From: Octopus vulgaris
Taxonomy: Eukaryota
Length of the DNA stretch: 64,000 bases
Direction of reading: 5' to 3'
Assembly (NCBI GenBank): GCA_951406725.2
Contig: OX597824.1
Span: 62,062,001 to 62,126,000 of the forward strand
The position numbers and the translations under genes were made by a program. Positions 1 through 11,544 of this stretch are shown here, piece after piece. A model generated the notes under the pieces. It saw only the letters and a program-made list of their open reading frames with translations. It was not told the origin of the DNA and made no database searches. Every line of letters begins with the position of its first letter. The stretch's first letter is position 1.

Positions 1-909
1 ACTTATAGTTCAGAGATCGATTCTTGTTCCAGGATAACCTATCCGTGAAAATTTAAGCAATTGTTTAATGTACCTCGCATAGATATCACTCATACCAGTC
101 AGTACCACGGGCGCTGGCTTATTATAAATACTACGGAATCCTCAGTACAGTGGTTTATCGTAGATATTACTGATGAACATATAGCTGATTATGTGCCACC
201 GTACTCACCGTCATTAAAACTAGTAGTTGTTCTATATTTTAAGAAGAGATAAAACATGGGAAGGAACAGTATTTCCCCTATATTTTCTCCACTACTGGTG
301 ACAAATATCTCTTTGAAATAGTACACTCGGATTTCCTCAGCATTTGAAAGATGCAAAAGAAACGACGCATCAAAGCTGAAGTTAAAGTTGGGCGACGACG
401 GCTCACCTACAAAAGTTGCTTTCTCTCAGTACCCACATATTCTCTCTCCACTTCTCCGTCTCTCGGAAAAATGTTTTTTGTTAACGACACAACAAACGTG
501 CTTCTACATAGTATTTGAAGCTGCTAGAAATAAAAGAGAAGTCTCCCATTATAATATTCTACAGTTTGAATAAGAAGTAGCCTAGATTTCATACTTTTGG
601 CCATTTATTTATTCGAGTGGATTGAAGCAAAAGAACAACAGGTTGTATCACTCAAGAGGTGATTAAATAAATCGCTGTGTACTTTGTAACTGTACAAATA
701 ATACGGCAATTTGAATTTGGAACCCATTATAAATTGCATAACCTTTCTGGTATGAGTGAAAAATATGCGAGGTACATTAAATGATTTGATAATGAATGAC
801 GAAGCCCAAATTTGACTCTAAGTACAATATTATTCTAAGTAACAATACACATTCACACCTCCCAAACTATGATCAATATATAATTATAAAAACAAAAAAC
901 TAAAGAGAG

Positions 910-1052
910 GGGCGAGAAAGCAGAATCAATAACACGTCGGATAAAATACTTAGCGGCATGTCGTTCGCCTTTACGATCTGAGTTCAAATTCCACGAAGGT
1001 CGACTTTGCTTGTCGTTCTCTCGTCGTCGATAAAATAAGTACGAACTGAGCT
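910..1052 (+). mobile_element. tRNA-derived SINE, degenerate copy (octopus-type family)
   Basis: B-box-like GAGTTCAAATTCC followed by the family core GGTCGACTTTGC...GTCGATAAAATAAGTAC; aligns by eye with the better copy at 51528-51747. Confidence 0.75.
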
Positions 1053-1445
1053 CTAGAGACGGAAGAAAATGACCTGTATAGTGTCCAGAAATTGCCGTGC
1101 AGAAATTGGAAACCAATATCAAATGACAAAATAAATAAATGAATATTCATTACTAAGAAAATAAATCCAATGCGGAAACATTTTTTTCATACTATTTTAG
1201 CTGGACAACGATGAAATATGACAGTTATATGCATTATTGATTCAAACAAAATACGTTTACACTTGATGTATTATACTGATATACACAATAATATTAAATA
1301 ATCGACCGGCATTTATAGCATGTGCTTTTATCTTATTATCTGTTTTAACTATAGGATTGCAGATAAAGAAAACATGTCACTTGTTTTCATAATCCAGTCT
1401 ATAAACAATATTCTTTAAACACATACATACATACATACATACATA

Positions 1446-1484
<39 letters not shown>

Positions 1485-1963
1485 CAAATATATAAAAAAC
1501 ACCAATCAAATTTGATTCTGTTTCGCTGTCATTTTTTGACAGTCCAATAAGATTTTCCTCTTCCTCTATGTCATTCTATTTATATTATTTCCTTGAAATC
1601 GTAAACAAACACAAAGACACACTAATAACTTGAACGTATTGGAAATATTTGTAAGAATATTTTCTTTCTATTAGAAGAGTATTCATACTTTAATAATAAG
1701 GAAGAAATATTAACAGACCACTAAAACAAAATTTTCATGATTATTTTTTCCAGTTTGTTCTTATTAAACATCGCAATCACTGTTCAAAAGTAGTAGTATG
1801 GTTCGAACTGAACTGTGAATGGTTCACAGAATTTCTGAGACCAGCATTCCCAACGGTGTAGTCGAAAATCTACTGAGAAGAGGTATCACAAAAACATTCG
1901 TTGGAAGGGCGTTGGATTTTCGGTATGCGTCATGTTACACCCTTCACCAAAAAAAATATGAAA

Positions 1964-2334
1964 GGCCGGTTTCATCAGCGAGACGCCTATTTTAAATCGA
2001 GATGTGCAGAGTGTTAGACTATGCGTTGATCTAAACAACTTGTAAATCTTAACTTTTCAAACCTCTGCGCAGACGCAAAATCTACCCGGTGATATAGGGC
2101 ATGCCGGGAAAAAAATTACGAATAAATCTATCAAGTCCGTTGAGCCCGACATATTTCTATTTGCTCATTGTAATTGTATAAATCGAATATGTACAAACAA
2201 TAAATCTATCAAGTAATATGTGAATATAATCAAAAAAGGGTAATAACATAGATTACTACCAGTAATAACATAGATTACTACTAACGCTCTGCGCATCTCG
2301 ATTTAACATAGGCGTCTCGCTGATGAAACCGGCC
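1964..2334. mobile_element. MITE with ~54-bp terminal inverted repeats (PIF/Harbinger-like termini)
   Basis: GGCCGGTTTCATCAGCGAGACGCCTAT...GTGTTAG at 1964 is mirrored by CTAACGC...ATAGGCGTCTCGCTGATGAAACCGGCC ending at 2334. Flanks are AAA/TTA (imperfect TWA target duplication). Superfamily is inferred from the GGCC termini. Confidence 0.7.
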
Positions 2335-2497
2335 TTAGCAAACATATTCTGTGTGTCTTGCGAGAAAGAGGTAGAAACTGATCAGTCCGGGATGTATCGT
2401 TAATGATTAAATGTTTTTGATTTTCACTCTCGATAAATTTATCCCTTTTTGTGTCCCTAGCACTTGGCATCCTTATTTAGGAGCCCTTAATTATATT

Positions 2498-2623
<126 letters not shown>

Positions 2624-2937
2624 AAACTCTGTTGATTCACCAGAAGCGATAAATTGCAGAACTAAATAGAAATATATTCTTAAATAAATCCTAAGTAAAA
2701 ATACCCCGATTTCCAGAACTTAGAGTTGCTTGTTCTCGACCATCAGTTGGTTAGACGCGCACCGTGATCGATGTAACTGATTCGCCTCACCTCGAAATTG
2801 ACGGCAACTGTGCCACAATTTCATACAAATATTAATACACCATATAAATAATAGGATCGCAAACAAATATATTATAAGTTTCGGAGCCGATAAAAATTAT
2901 GAAGATTTTGATTTTAATATCTCAAGATTATTAGACT

Positions 2938-3140
2938 GGCGATATGGCATAATGGTTAGCACGTCAGACAATATTTTTAGAGGCATTTCTACCGACGTAG
3001 TATGCTGTGAATTCAAATTCCGCTAATGTCATATATACAATTCATCCTATCAGGATCGATAAAATTATTACTAGTTGAACACGAGGGTCAATGTAATCGA
3101 CTTACAACTGTCTCTGAAAACTGGAGGCTTAGTACCAAAA
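2938..3140 (+). mobile_element. tRNA-derived SINE, degenerate
   Basis: A-box TGGCATAATGG, B-box GAATTCAAATTCC and family core GATCGATAAAAT...GGTCAATGTAATCGAC. Confidence 0.7.
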
Positions 3141-3763
3141 TGTGTAATGTATATGTATACAGAAAATATATCAAAGGCAATTTCTCAAGGTACACAATTA
3201 TCATGATGTCGGACGTAGAAACGTGCTATTATCTTATTTTGCCTTGGGAGACAAAACACTATAATATCAAAGACACTATAGATATTTGAGTTATATGAGG
3301 ACTAATCATTGTAACATACAGTAACTTTAAGAATATGTATATTCTAATGTAATATCTTGTATGTAGTCATCTGAAGCCAACCGTATATATGTGTAAATAT
3401 GAGGAAAGAGAAATGATACTGTTGGAAATGGGCGAGGAAAAAATGTAGAAACTAAAAAAAAAAGAATAAATGTTTCTAGATTTATGGCAAGATTCCCGTT
3501 TTTCTCTTCTGATTTCAACTTTTTTCTCAACACAAATATGCATAAGCTTTGCGCAGATATAACACTACATGTAATCAATCTAAAGCACATGTACAGACAA
3601 ACATATACATATATATGTGAGCACTAACAGGATGGAATAAGATATATATACATACATACATATATATATATATATAGATATACAAATATATATATACACT
3701 CACACACACATACACATATATACAAAAACATACATTTGCGTGTGTGCGTGAGTATGTGCGTGT

Positions 3764-3808
<45 letters not shown>

Positions 3809-3809
<1 letters not shown>

Positions 3810-4206
3810 CAATTAAGGAGTGACCCTAACAGGTCATTCGTCCACCAGAAAGAGCAGCCATAACTCACACCGCCAAGTAGTAGTAATTCAGAAAGCTTAA
3901 TTAAATTAAGACAGATATTTCGTAGGCATCGATACAGACGCCTCGTGTATATTTGTCTCTCCCAGGTTTTTTACTGATGAAGTGTAACCTATGGTAGATT
4001 AGCTTAATTTAATTTAATTAAGCTAATTTAATCATTAATGACACAGAAACGTTGCAACTCTAAAAGATGAATTAGGTAAATGAATTTTCACCTATATACT
4101 ACTACACACACATACACTTAATTGTTATATTTATATACTTAGTCGTTGACTATATTCTCTTTTCCATTAGGCGTGTGTGCGTGAATTTTTTTGTAAATTG
4201 ACTAAT
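3809..4206 (+). mobile_element. Penelope-like pLTR-derived non-coding element in (TA)n with a hammerhead-like motif
   Basis: Flanked by (TA)n on both sides. 3809-3893 is homologous to the arm of the 50.3-kb hairpin. Contains CTGATGA...GAAAC at 3974-4050. ATAACAATTAAG (left end) is mirrored by CTTAATTGTTAT near 4117-4128, followed by a tail resembling the 50.5-kb tail. Confidence 0.6.
3969..4065 (+). ncRNA. Hammerhead ribozyme-like motif (minimal type I, PLE-type)
   Basis: TTTTA-CTGATGA-[long stem II including ATTAGCTTAATT/AATTAAGCTAAT]-GAAA-CGTTGCAAC-TC-TAAAA. Stem I is TTTTA/TAAAA. Stem III is palindromic but has one extra or mismatched base. Confidence 0.5.
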
Positions 4207-4243
4207 ATATATATATATATAATAAAATATTATTGCTAATATT

Positions 4244-4287
<44 letters not shown>

Positions 4288-5179
4288 GTATCTCTCACTC
4301 TATACAATGTTTTTCGTTATCGTATTTTTCAAAAGTATACATGTATTGTAAGAAGTCCGTTGAGCCCGACATATTTCCATTTGCTCATTGTAATTGTATA
4401 AATCGAATATGTACAAACATCATCCGACAAATGCCTTGTAAAGGTAAAAGAGAAATGCTACACAACATTGATGTAAAACCAAGCGTTGAGAAACATCTCT
4501 ACTTAATAGGAAAACAGTATCTCCACAATCATAAACACAGCCCCCAAAATCCACTGGTGTTCAACGAATTGGCTAATGTATATGGGTACCACTTGTATAG
4601 ACAAAATATCCCTCATGCTATAATGAGGCACAATGCTAAAATATTGCAGTTAACGGCTTGTCGAAATTAAAGGGTTTGTAATTAATTTATATGGAAATTT
4701 GCTTCTGAATGACAAACACATAGACAGAAAATTATTACATGCAATGCTGATATACCAACAATTAGTGTATGAAGAAGCGATATATGACTTTAAATATTCT
4801 CCTCTCAAATCATTAAGAAGTTCGTTAAAGCGTACTGCGTAACCCACTAAGAGTTATCTCACAAAATAACAGTATTTTCAAAATATATTTACGTATCAGT
4901 TAATAGAGAAGAGGGAGCACTTATTCAGCATCTCATTGTTTAGGGTAGATAAGGTACGTAAGTTTAAAAACAGGTCAAAGAGACGTGACGTCTGTCATAC
5001 AGTATTTTGCATTGGTATTTTGGCCTTTGCCTCTGTCATAGCAAAACTATATCTCATCCCGGCGTTGCAACACTCGACAGCTTACTCATTCAGTGCATGT
5101 TCATCACCTTCTGATGAGCCATGTAACATCTGTCATTTTCAAATATTAGTCAACTGAACCTACGCCCACCAAATGTGAC

Positions 5180-5560
5180 ATTATTTCCTCAACGGCTGCC
5201 CATGTCGATTCAGTTCATTAAAATTATGTTTTGCCCCAAAGTTGAAAGTTCTTGATTTAGCATTATTTACCTGAAAACAAACATCTGGGTATAACAGTAT
5301 AGGGACTCCAGAAGTTGCATATATATATATATTTATATATATCTCGAACTCCCGCAAAACTCTCCACAGCACATCCTGTGACAGGCGGACATATGCATCT
5401 ATGAGGTCTACAAAGCAACCGTACACCTCTGTAGTAGAATGAATATCTCGTCGGCTGTACTGCATCCATGACGGAAGTCAGGCTGTATTTCAGCTTTCTA
5501 GAGTTCATCAATTTTTCTACATTTCACCGGCGTTGTTCAACAATAGGATTGGAGTAAATC
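5180..5560 (-). pseudogene. Degenerate non-LTR retrotransposon RT fragment (RTE-like)
   Basis: ORF 5181-5465 reads YGCFVDLIDAYVRLSQDVLWRVLREF, resembling the RT motif F(V/I)DLxKAYDxV...LWxxL. Frameshifted. Confidence 0.6.
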
Positions 5561-6199
5561 AACTGATAAAAATGTAGATTTCAGTAAATCATATATTTTT
5601 GTACACAACCACAACTCTAACATCCATAGATATTAGAAATATTTCTCATAGAACTGTATCATGCTATATTGCAGGAGTACATCTAAATTCTTACCTTAAA
5701 GATTCAGGTACCAAGCCAAAAATCTTTTGCATAACCCACTTCTCACGCTCTTCTGGAATAAAATTTTATTAATCTTATATCTTACGGATTTTTGTCACCA
5801 ATATATCGTATAGAATTTCTCACCACCAAAAATATTACACTAATCATTACAATAGATTTACAATGAAAGGATGATCTTTGTGGTCAGAATTAGTCATTAA
5901 CGTAATGATTTTTCTGTCCTCTCTACAAGTGTAATTAAATTAATTACTTTTTCCAGTAATTATACTAACTATGTTAACACTGGCATAATTGACGTTTTTA
6001 TTGCCTGATATAATTAGAATTAATATCTTTGCAGTCACTTTATTGTTAAATGATATTTTGTATAATTGAGAATAAATTTTGAATATAGTTTCAGACATGT
6101 AAAAGCACCAAAGAAATATAAAAAAAAGACATTGATCTACAACTGTTGTTATTGTTGTTGTTACTCCCATAAAGTTGAATGTTAAAGTCGCAGTGTAAT

Positions 6200-6380
6200 A
6201 AAATATATTGCGGCATTTAATTCTCGCCCTTTACGTTATGTGTTCAGATTCCGATGAGGTCAACTTTCGTTTCACCCTTATTGAAGTCATAACATGCAGT
6301 ATCTGTTAAGAACTGCGTTCGATATTATAGATTACATCCTTCCTGCAAATATGTGACCTCATTCCAATATTACAATTCAG
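6200..6380 (+). mobile_element. SINE, highly degenerate
   Basis: TTTACGTTATGTGTTCAGATTCCGATGAGGTCAACTTTCG resembles the SINE core. Confidence 0.5.
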
Positions 6381-6471
6381 TATTACAGTTAACAAGGCCA
6401 GGAATGTTTCTCCACACTATAAGCACTCTGTCAATGCGCTGCCATCAGGATAATCTAAAATTGATTTCAAG

Positions 6472-6655
6472 TCCTGGCACATGGTGATCACTTGGGGGAA
6501 GGGGTCAAATCGATTAAATCGACCCCAGTGCTCAACAGTTACATATGAAAAGCAAAGTCAAGCAAGCTGGAATTTGAACTCAGAACGTAAAGACAGAAGA
6601 AATGCTGCTAAGCATCTCGTTCGGCGCGCCAACAATTCTGCCAGCTCGCCGCCTT
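6472..6655 (-). mobile_element. tRNA-derived SINE
   Basis: Reverse complement begins GGCGGCGAGCTGGCAGAATTGTTGGCG...CGTTCTGAGTTCAAATTCC; same family as 51528. Confidence 0.85.
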
Positions 6656-8186
6656 AACGCCGTCTAATATTAATTGCTACAAACACTTTAGGTTATCTAT
6701 GCAAACATCACGCTTTCAATATATTTGCCGTGCAAATGCAGTTGCAAACACGGTCAGCTAGACTACTGATTAACGTTATAAGAACAGGAATGCAACTAAG
6801 ATGACAGAATTTTACTATATCTCATTGCCTACGTAGACGTAGTAGCCGTCAGAGTATGTTGAAAAAAAACCCTATGTTGTGTTACCATGATATCATGCAT
6901 TCAAATCGCATAGCCCGCTTTAGTTCATATCCCCAAATTGTAGCCGATCATCTTCGTTACATGGAAAGTGAGTATTTGGCAAGCTTTGCTCAAACCGCCT
7001 AACAGCCGATGGCGGGTGCTGCTAACACGCTTCCAGCGCACAATACTTGACATACATGCATTCATTCAAACACAAGCATATGTATCTCACTCAATCATTG
7101 ATACAGTTATGCAATCACACACACATACACATACACGCGTACACGCATACATACAGACATACAAACATGCACCATTGCATACATACATACATACATAAAC
7201 TTCTATCGAATTCTTCTTCTGTCTCTGCATCATCCTCATGTGCCCACAATCATCAAAATAACAAACCAGTTAAGAGGTGACATTAATTCATTATAACACC
7301 TGTTTTCCAGCGTGTATCTATATCTTTCTAAATACTAACTGAATGAAACCTCTAACGAACTATAGTACTCTGGGGAAAATTTTCAGTTTTGTATCAACCT
7401 AACAGCGTTTAACTTCAAACTATTAAACTATCGAATTTACTTCCAGCATGGTACCCTCTGATTGGTGACTTCCTATTAAAAATAGAAACCGAATTCTCCT
7501 CAAGTCACATCTTACTGTCCTTAAAGAAGAAAGGTCTCTAACATAACGTAGTTATATTGATAGTTAAAAGGAGTCTGACTGGTTACCGTGGAATGATTTT
7601 CTTCATACGTTTGCTGGTACAAACAATAAAATATCGAAAGTAACATAGAAACTTTTAAACTGATAACTTTTTCTCTAAACAGTGGCCACTTATTATGTGA
7701 GTGCTATACATCACGGTTTTTTTTTTTAAATCAAGATTTAAAGTATATATGGGGATTTTCTCACATAACCGCTGTATTACATTTAAGATCTTCGTAAAAA
7801 TCTTCTATGACGTCTAATGGGAGATCCTGCTTATCAGTTGACCATGTTTGAGATTCATGTGATCCTCATCGCTTAAATTGTGTGAAATACATACTGCTCA
7901 CTCCAAAATATTTCTATCGAGCTTGGGTGATTCTACAATTCAATTTATCTCTTAAAGACCATTATCAATATATTTACATTCTAAATTATGAAGCTTGAAA
8001 CACCGTCTGTACTATGTAGATAATGGCGCCTTTTATGCCACCTTAATTTGCAGCACATTAGAACTATTATCCACATACTATGTACTCTACTTTTAGTGCA
8101 CCCGAAAACCTCTTAGACTGCATGTAGTGATGGACCATATGACTAATTGGTAGTTTCACAACCAACATACTACAATTACTCTAAGG

Positions 8187-9336
8187 TAGGTGTCACCAAA
8201 CTTTTTCACCGCAGATAGGATAACTGAAAGAAGGACGAGCAGGATGACCATTTTGTTTAATACAATACAGTGAAAACACTAAAAGTAAGGACAACCTACA
8301 TATTTATTTGCAAAATGTTATCAAAGAAGTTGACGTCAATAATAAGATAGTTATATCACACACAGAGTGTAAATGTCTGAATCTTACAAACTAAGCAGCA
8401 AAAATGGTTAGTGAGATTTATGAAACTGTTGTTTAGATTTTAAGATATCATCGATATTTGCTCTGGAATAGTTGCATCCAACCAAGAGTGTTCCTCTGAA
8501 ATATTATCAGTCAACCTCGTTTGATGTGCTGGCTTCACAGATATAAGTTTGAGGGTCAATTCATTCAGGTGAGATGTGATGCCAACCATAAATGCCAACC
8601 TTGACCAATAGGTAGCATCTGACAGAAGTGGAGCAGCTCTATCCTTGTTGGTGAGAAAAATATTTGTTTCTCTTCAGAGCTTATAAAAAACGAGAGAAGA
8701 CATTGTCGCAGTTGAGCCACCTCACTGCTGTGTGATAAGGTAAGTCACAGAATTCAAAATCAATTTCTTCTAGAAAAGCCTGGAATTGGCGGTGATTAAG
8801 GGCATGACCCCGAATGAAGTTCAGCGCAGAAACCACTGGTTTCAGTGCGCAAAAAATATCTGTCTTTCCCACAGAGCGCATGCTGAGAGCGTCTGGAAGT
8901 CGAAGATCAGTAGACTTATACAGCACCAGAGAATACAAGACGTTCTTAACATTCTCGCGTACCTTTAGCCCTATGTTCTCTCCAAGTTCTTCTGTTCTCC
9001 GCACAGTTGAACTTCCTGAAAGGCTGATACTTGCAAGCAAATCGACTTTCTCAGGACGCAAGTCATTTCCTACTTCCGTCATACACTCTTTGATGAAGTT
9101 GCCGTCAGAAAACGGTTTTCCTCGCTGTGTCATCTTATGCGCTATTTTGTAACTTGTACACGACAGATTCATTTTCATCAAAAAATTTCGTCAAGTGAAT
9201 GTACAAACACAACAATTCCAGTTAAAACACGATCGCTGCAGGAATGAACTCTCATTGCAGGTACTTACATAAAAGGTACAGTGTAATGGCGGGCCGGATG
9301 AACTGATCTCACGGGCTGTAGTTTGGTGACCCCCCG
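8187..9336 (-). mobile_element. Internally deleted hAT (Buster/Charlie/SPIN-type) DNA transposon
   Basis: TIRs TAGGTGTCACCAAACT and AGTTTGGTGACCCCCCG. 8-bp target duplication CTCTAAGG / CTCTAAAC with TA core. Transposase remnant inside. Confidence 0.85.
8520..9181 (-). pseudogene. hAT transposase remnant (GTF2IRD2/EPM2AIP1-like family)
   Basis: Motifs GKPFSDGNFIKECM, ISLS..TV.RR.EEL and VNFIR..ALNHRQF..FL...DLPYHTAVRWL. A central deletion and frameshifts are present. Confidence 0.85.
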
Positions 9337-10060
9337 CTCTAAACCAACTCGCTGCATCATTCTTTCATTTTCCTTTTCTCGCATCTGTATATGTAGCTGT
9401 GTATCACCTCTAAACAACATGAAGTAATTAATTCAACTCTTTTCTCCAAGCCATTTACAACTCATTTCAGGCCCTATAAATTCACTAAACATTTGACACC
9501 ATCAAACTTGCCACATCTCTATTTACTTCGTTGAAACGGACTCCCTACAGACATTACCATACGGAAGTTGAAGCTAAACATAGTCTACAATAATTACAAG
9601 TCTGGCGTGGCGGTAGTTTACAAAACGCATTAGCCATTTGTGTTAGAATGCAACAAAAAGACAATTTATTTACAGCTAACTCTTCTTCGCCAAGCTGACT
9701 ACATCTCTGGCTAACCAATATATATGTAAATAGTAAATATATATGTATTGATTTTCGAACAATGTGTAATTAGTAAATTGTAGCATCGAAGTTGAAAACC
9801 TTCTAACATATATTACCTCAAACGTTAGTATTTACTAAAGTACAATATCAGGAGAAATTGGTTAAAGATAAAACGAACTCGTAATTATTATCCTTAATAA
9901 TGAGTAAATATTTAAGTGTCATATATTTTAATATCAATTTAAGCCTTGTAGATTCAAGTGAACAAAATGTATTAAACTAAGTACGAATGTTTATGTTAGT
10001 TGGTGTAACAATATTCCCATAAAGTTTTTCACTATTATTAGAATAGTTTACGGCTAATTT

Positions 10061-10250
10061 ATACGCGTGGGATGTTGCAAGTTCTTGGATTTGGGTAAAA
10101 TATAATACAAAAGCATCAGTCAATTATGATTTTATTCTACATATATCCCTCTCAGTTTCACAAAGTTATTGCAGTGTTTTCATGTTTTCAGAGCCCCTTA
10201 AAAGAACTCGGAAGGCTGGGCTTCCAACGAGGTCTTACCCGATACCGTTA
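10061..10250. mobile_element. Tc1/mariner terminal fragment
   Basis: TACGCGTGGGATGTTGCAAGTTCTTGG...AATTATGATTTTATTC resembles a mariner-type TIR and subterminal region. Only one end is present. Confidence 0.5.
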
Positions 10251-10254
10251 AAGC

Positions 10255-10535
10255 CAGGAACTTTTAAGCACTACTTCGTAGTTGATTACATGTAGAATCG
10301 TGTGCCTTCTTTGTGCATGTATTCTAAGGATATCAGAGAAAGAATGTTGCTGAAGGAGCTGCCTTTCAAATCTTCTGATGTTATTAGTCGTATGTATGCA
10401 AAGTTGGTCAAGGGATGCACTTCGACACTTGGTGGATGAAATATGTTGCCGAAGGGAAATGATACGACATTCAAAGGCCTTTTGGATCGATTTTAAGCCT
10501 TTGCCGCCTTGTTTTCGTTTTAGATAGAGGGCCAT
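10255..10535 (-). pseudogene. R4/Dong-type LINE fragment (post-RT thumb region)
   Basis: LYLKRKQGGKGL matches the LYIQRIEGGRGL motif in the large Dong ORF of this window. Confidence 0.7.
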
Positions 10536-10645
10536 GTATGTATGTATGTATGTATGTATGTATGTATGTATGTATGTATGTATGTATGAATGTATGTATG
10601 TATGTGTGTGTGTATATGTATGTATGCATTTATATATATATATGC
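10535..10645. repeat. (TATG)n microsatellite
   Basis: Read directly from the sequence. Confidence 0.9.
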
Positions 10646-10881
10646 ATACACTCGTTGATATAAAAAGGCAAAAATAGCATTAATGATATTGAAATATAAG
10701 TAAGGAATGGTGCATGAAATACAAAATTACATCTATCATTTAAATATAAAAGTGACATCTGCATCAATTTTCCTAATTAGATCTCTATCTCTCTGTCGCC
10801 CTGTCTATCACGTTGCTTCCAACTTTCTTTCTCCCTCTCTCTTCCTATGTATATATCTGTTTATATATATATAAGAGAGTT

Positions 10882-10944
<63 letters not shown>

Positions 10945-11409
10945 ATGTTCCTTATGCATTCGAAAACTGAGTTGTCGACTTTGACTTATGGGATATCAAA
11001 TGATTCAGTAATATGAATTAGAACCGAAAACGAAAAAGAGGAAATCAAAAAAAATTCTTCTAGTGTAACCCACAAAAAGAAAACGTACAAAGAAAAAAGA
11101 AATACCCAGCCCGTCCCCTTTAGACCCTACATCAACAAGAGTACCAAGAGTACAAAAGGTACCAAATAAACTTTTCATTTACATATTTTCTATGTTATAT
11201 CAACAACCAGGTTGAGTTATTTGAAACATACTGCTCTACAATGACCAGGTTTCATTAGAAAGTGAAAATAGTTTCACACTTTCAATTTGAACCAAAATTA
11301 CAGTGTTGCATTACGAGAGTGACGATGTGTGAATAATGAAAGTGATTTTTCTCTGAATTAGCCACATCTGTACTATAATAAATAAAGCTGCTTATCATCT
11401 AACTGCATG

Positions 11410-11520
11410 TATTGGGTCATCCCATACATAATGCATATTTTCATTTGCATGAACTAAAAGTCAGGGGAATGGGATAAACTACCAGCTTAAATTTTCTATA
11501 AAAGCAGGTAATAACTTTAT
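11410..11520. mobile_element. Mariner-like TIR fragment
   Basis: TATTGGGTCATCCCATA(C)ATAATGC resembles a mariner terminus preceded by TA. Confidence 0.4.
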
Positions 11521-11544
11521 CTTGTACTTATACTTAGTGCAACG

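Noticed and set aside
2320-2334. CTGATGAAACC as a hammerhead core
   Set aside because: It is part of the MITE TIR, with no stem II between CTGATGA and GAAA.
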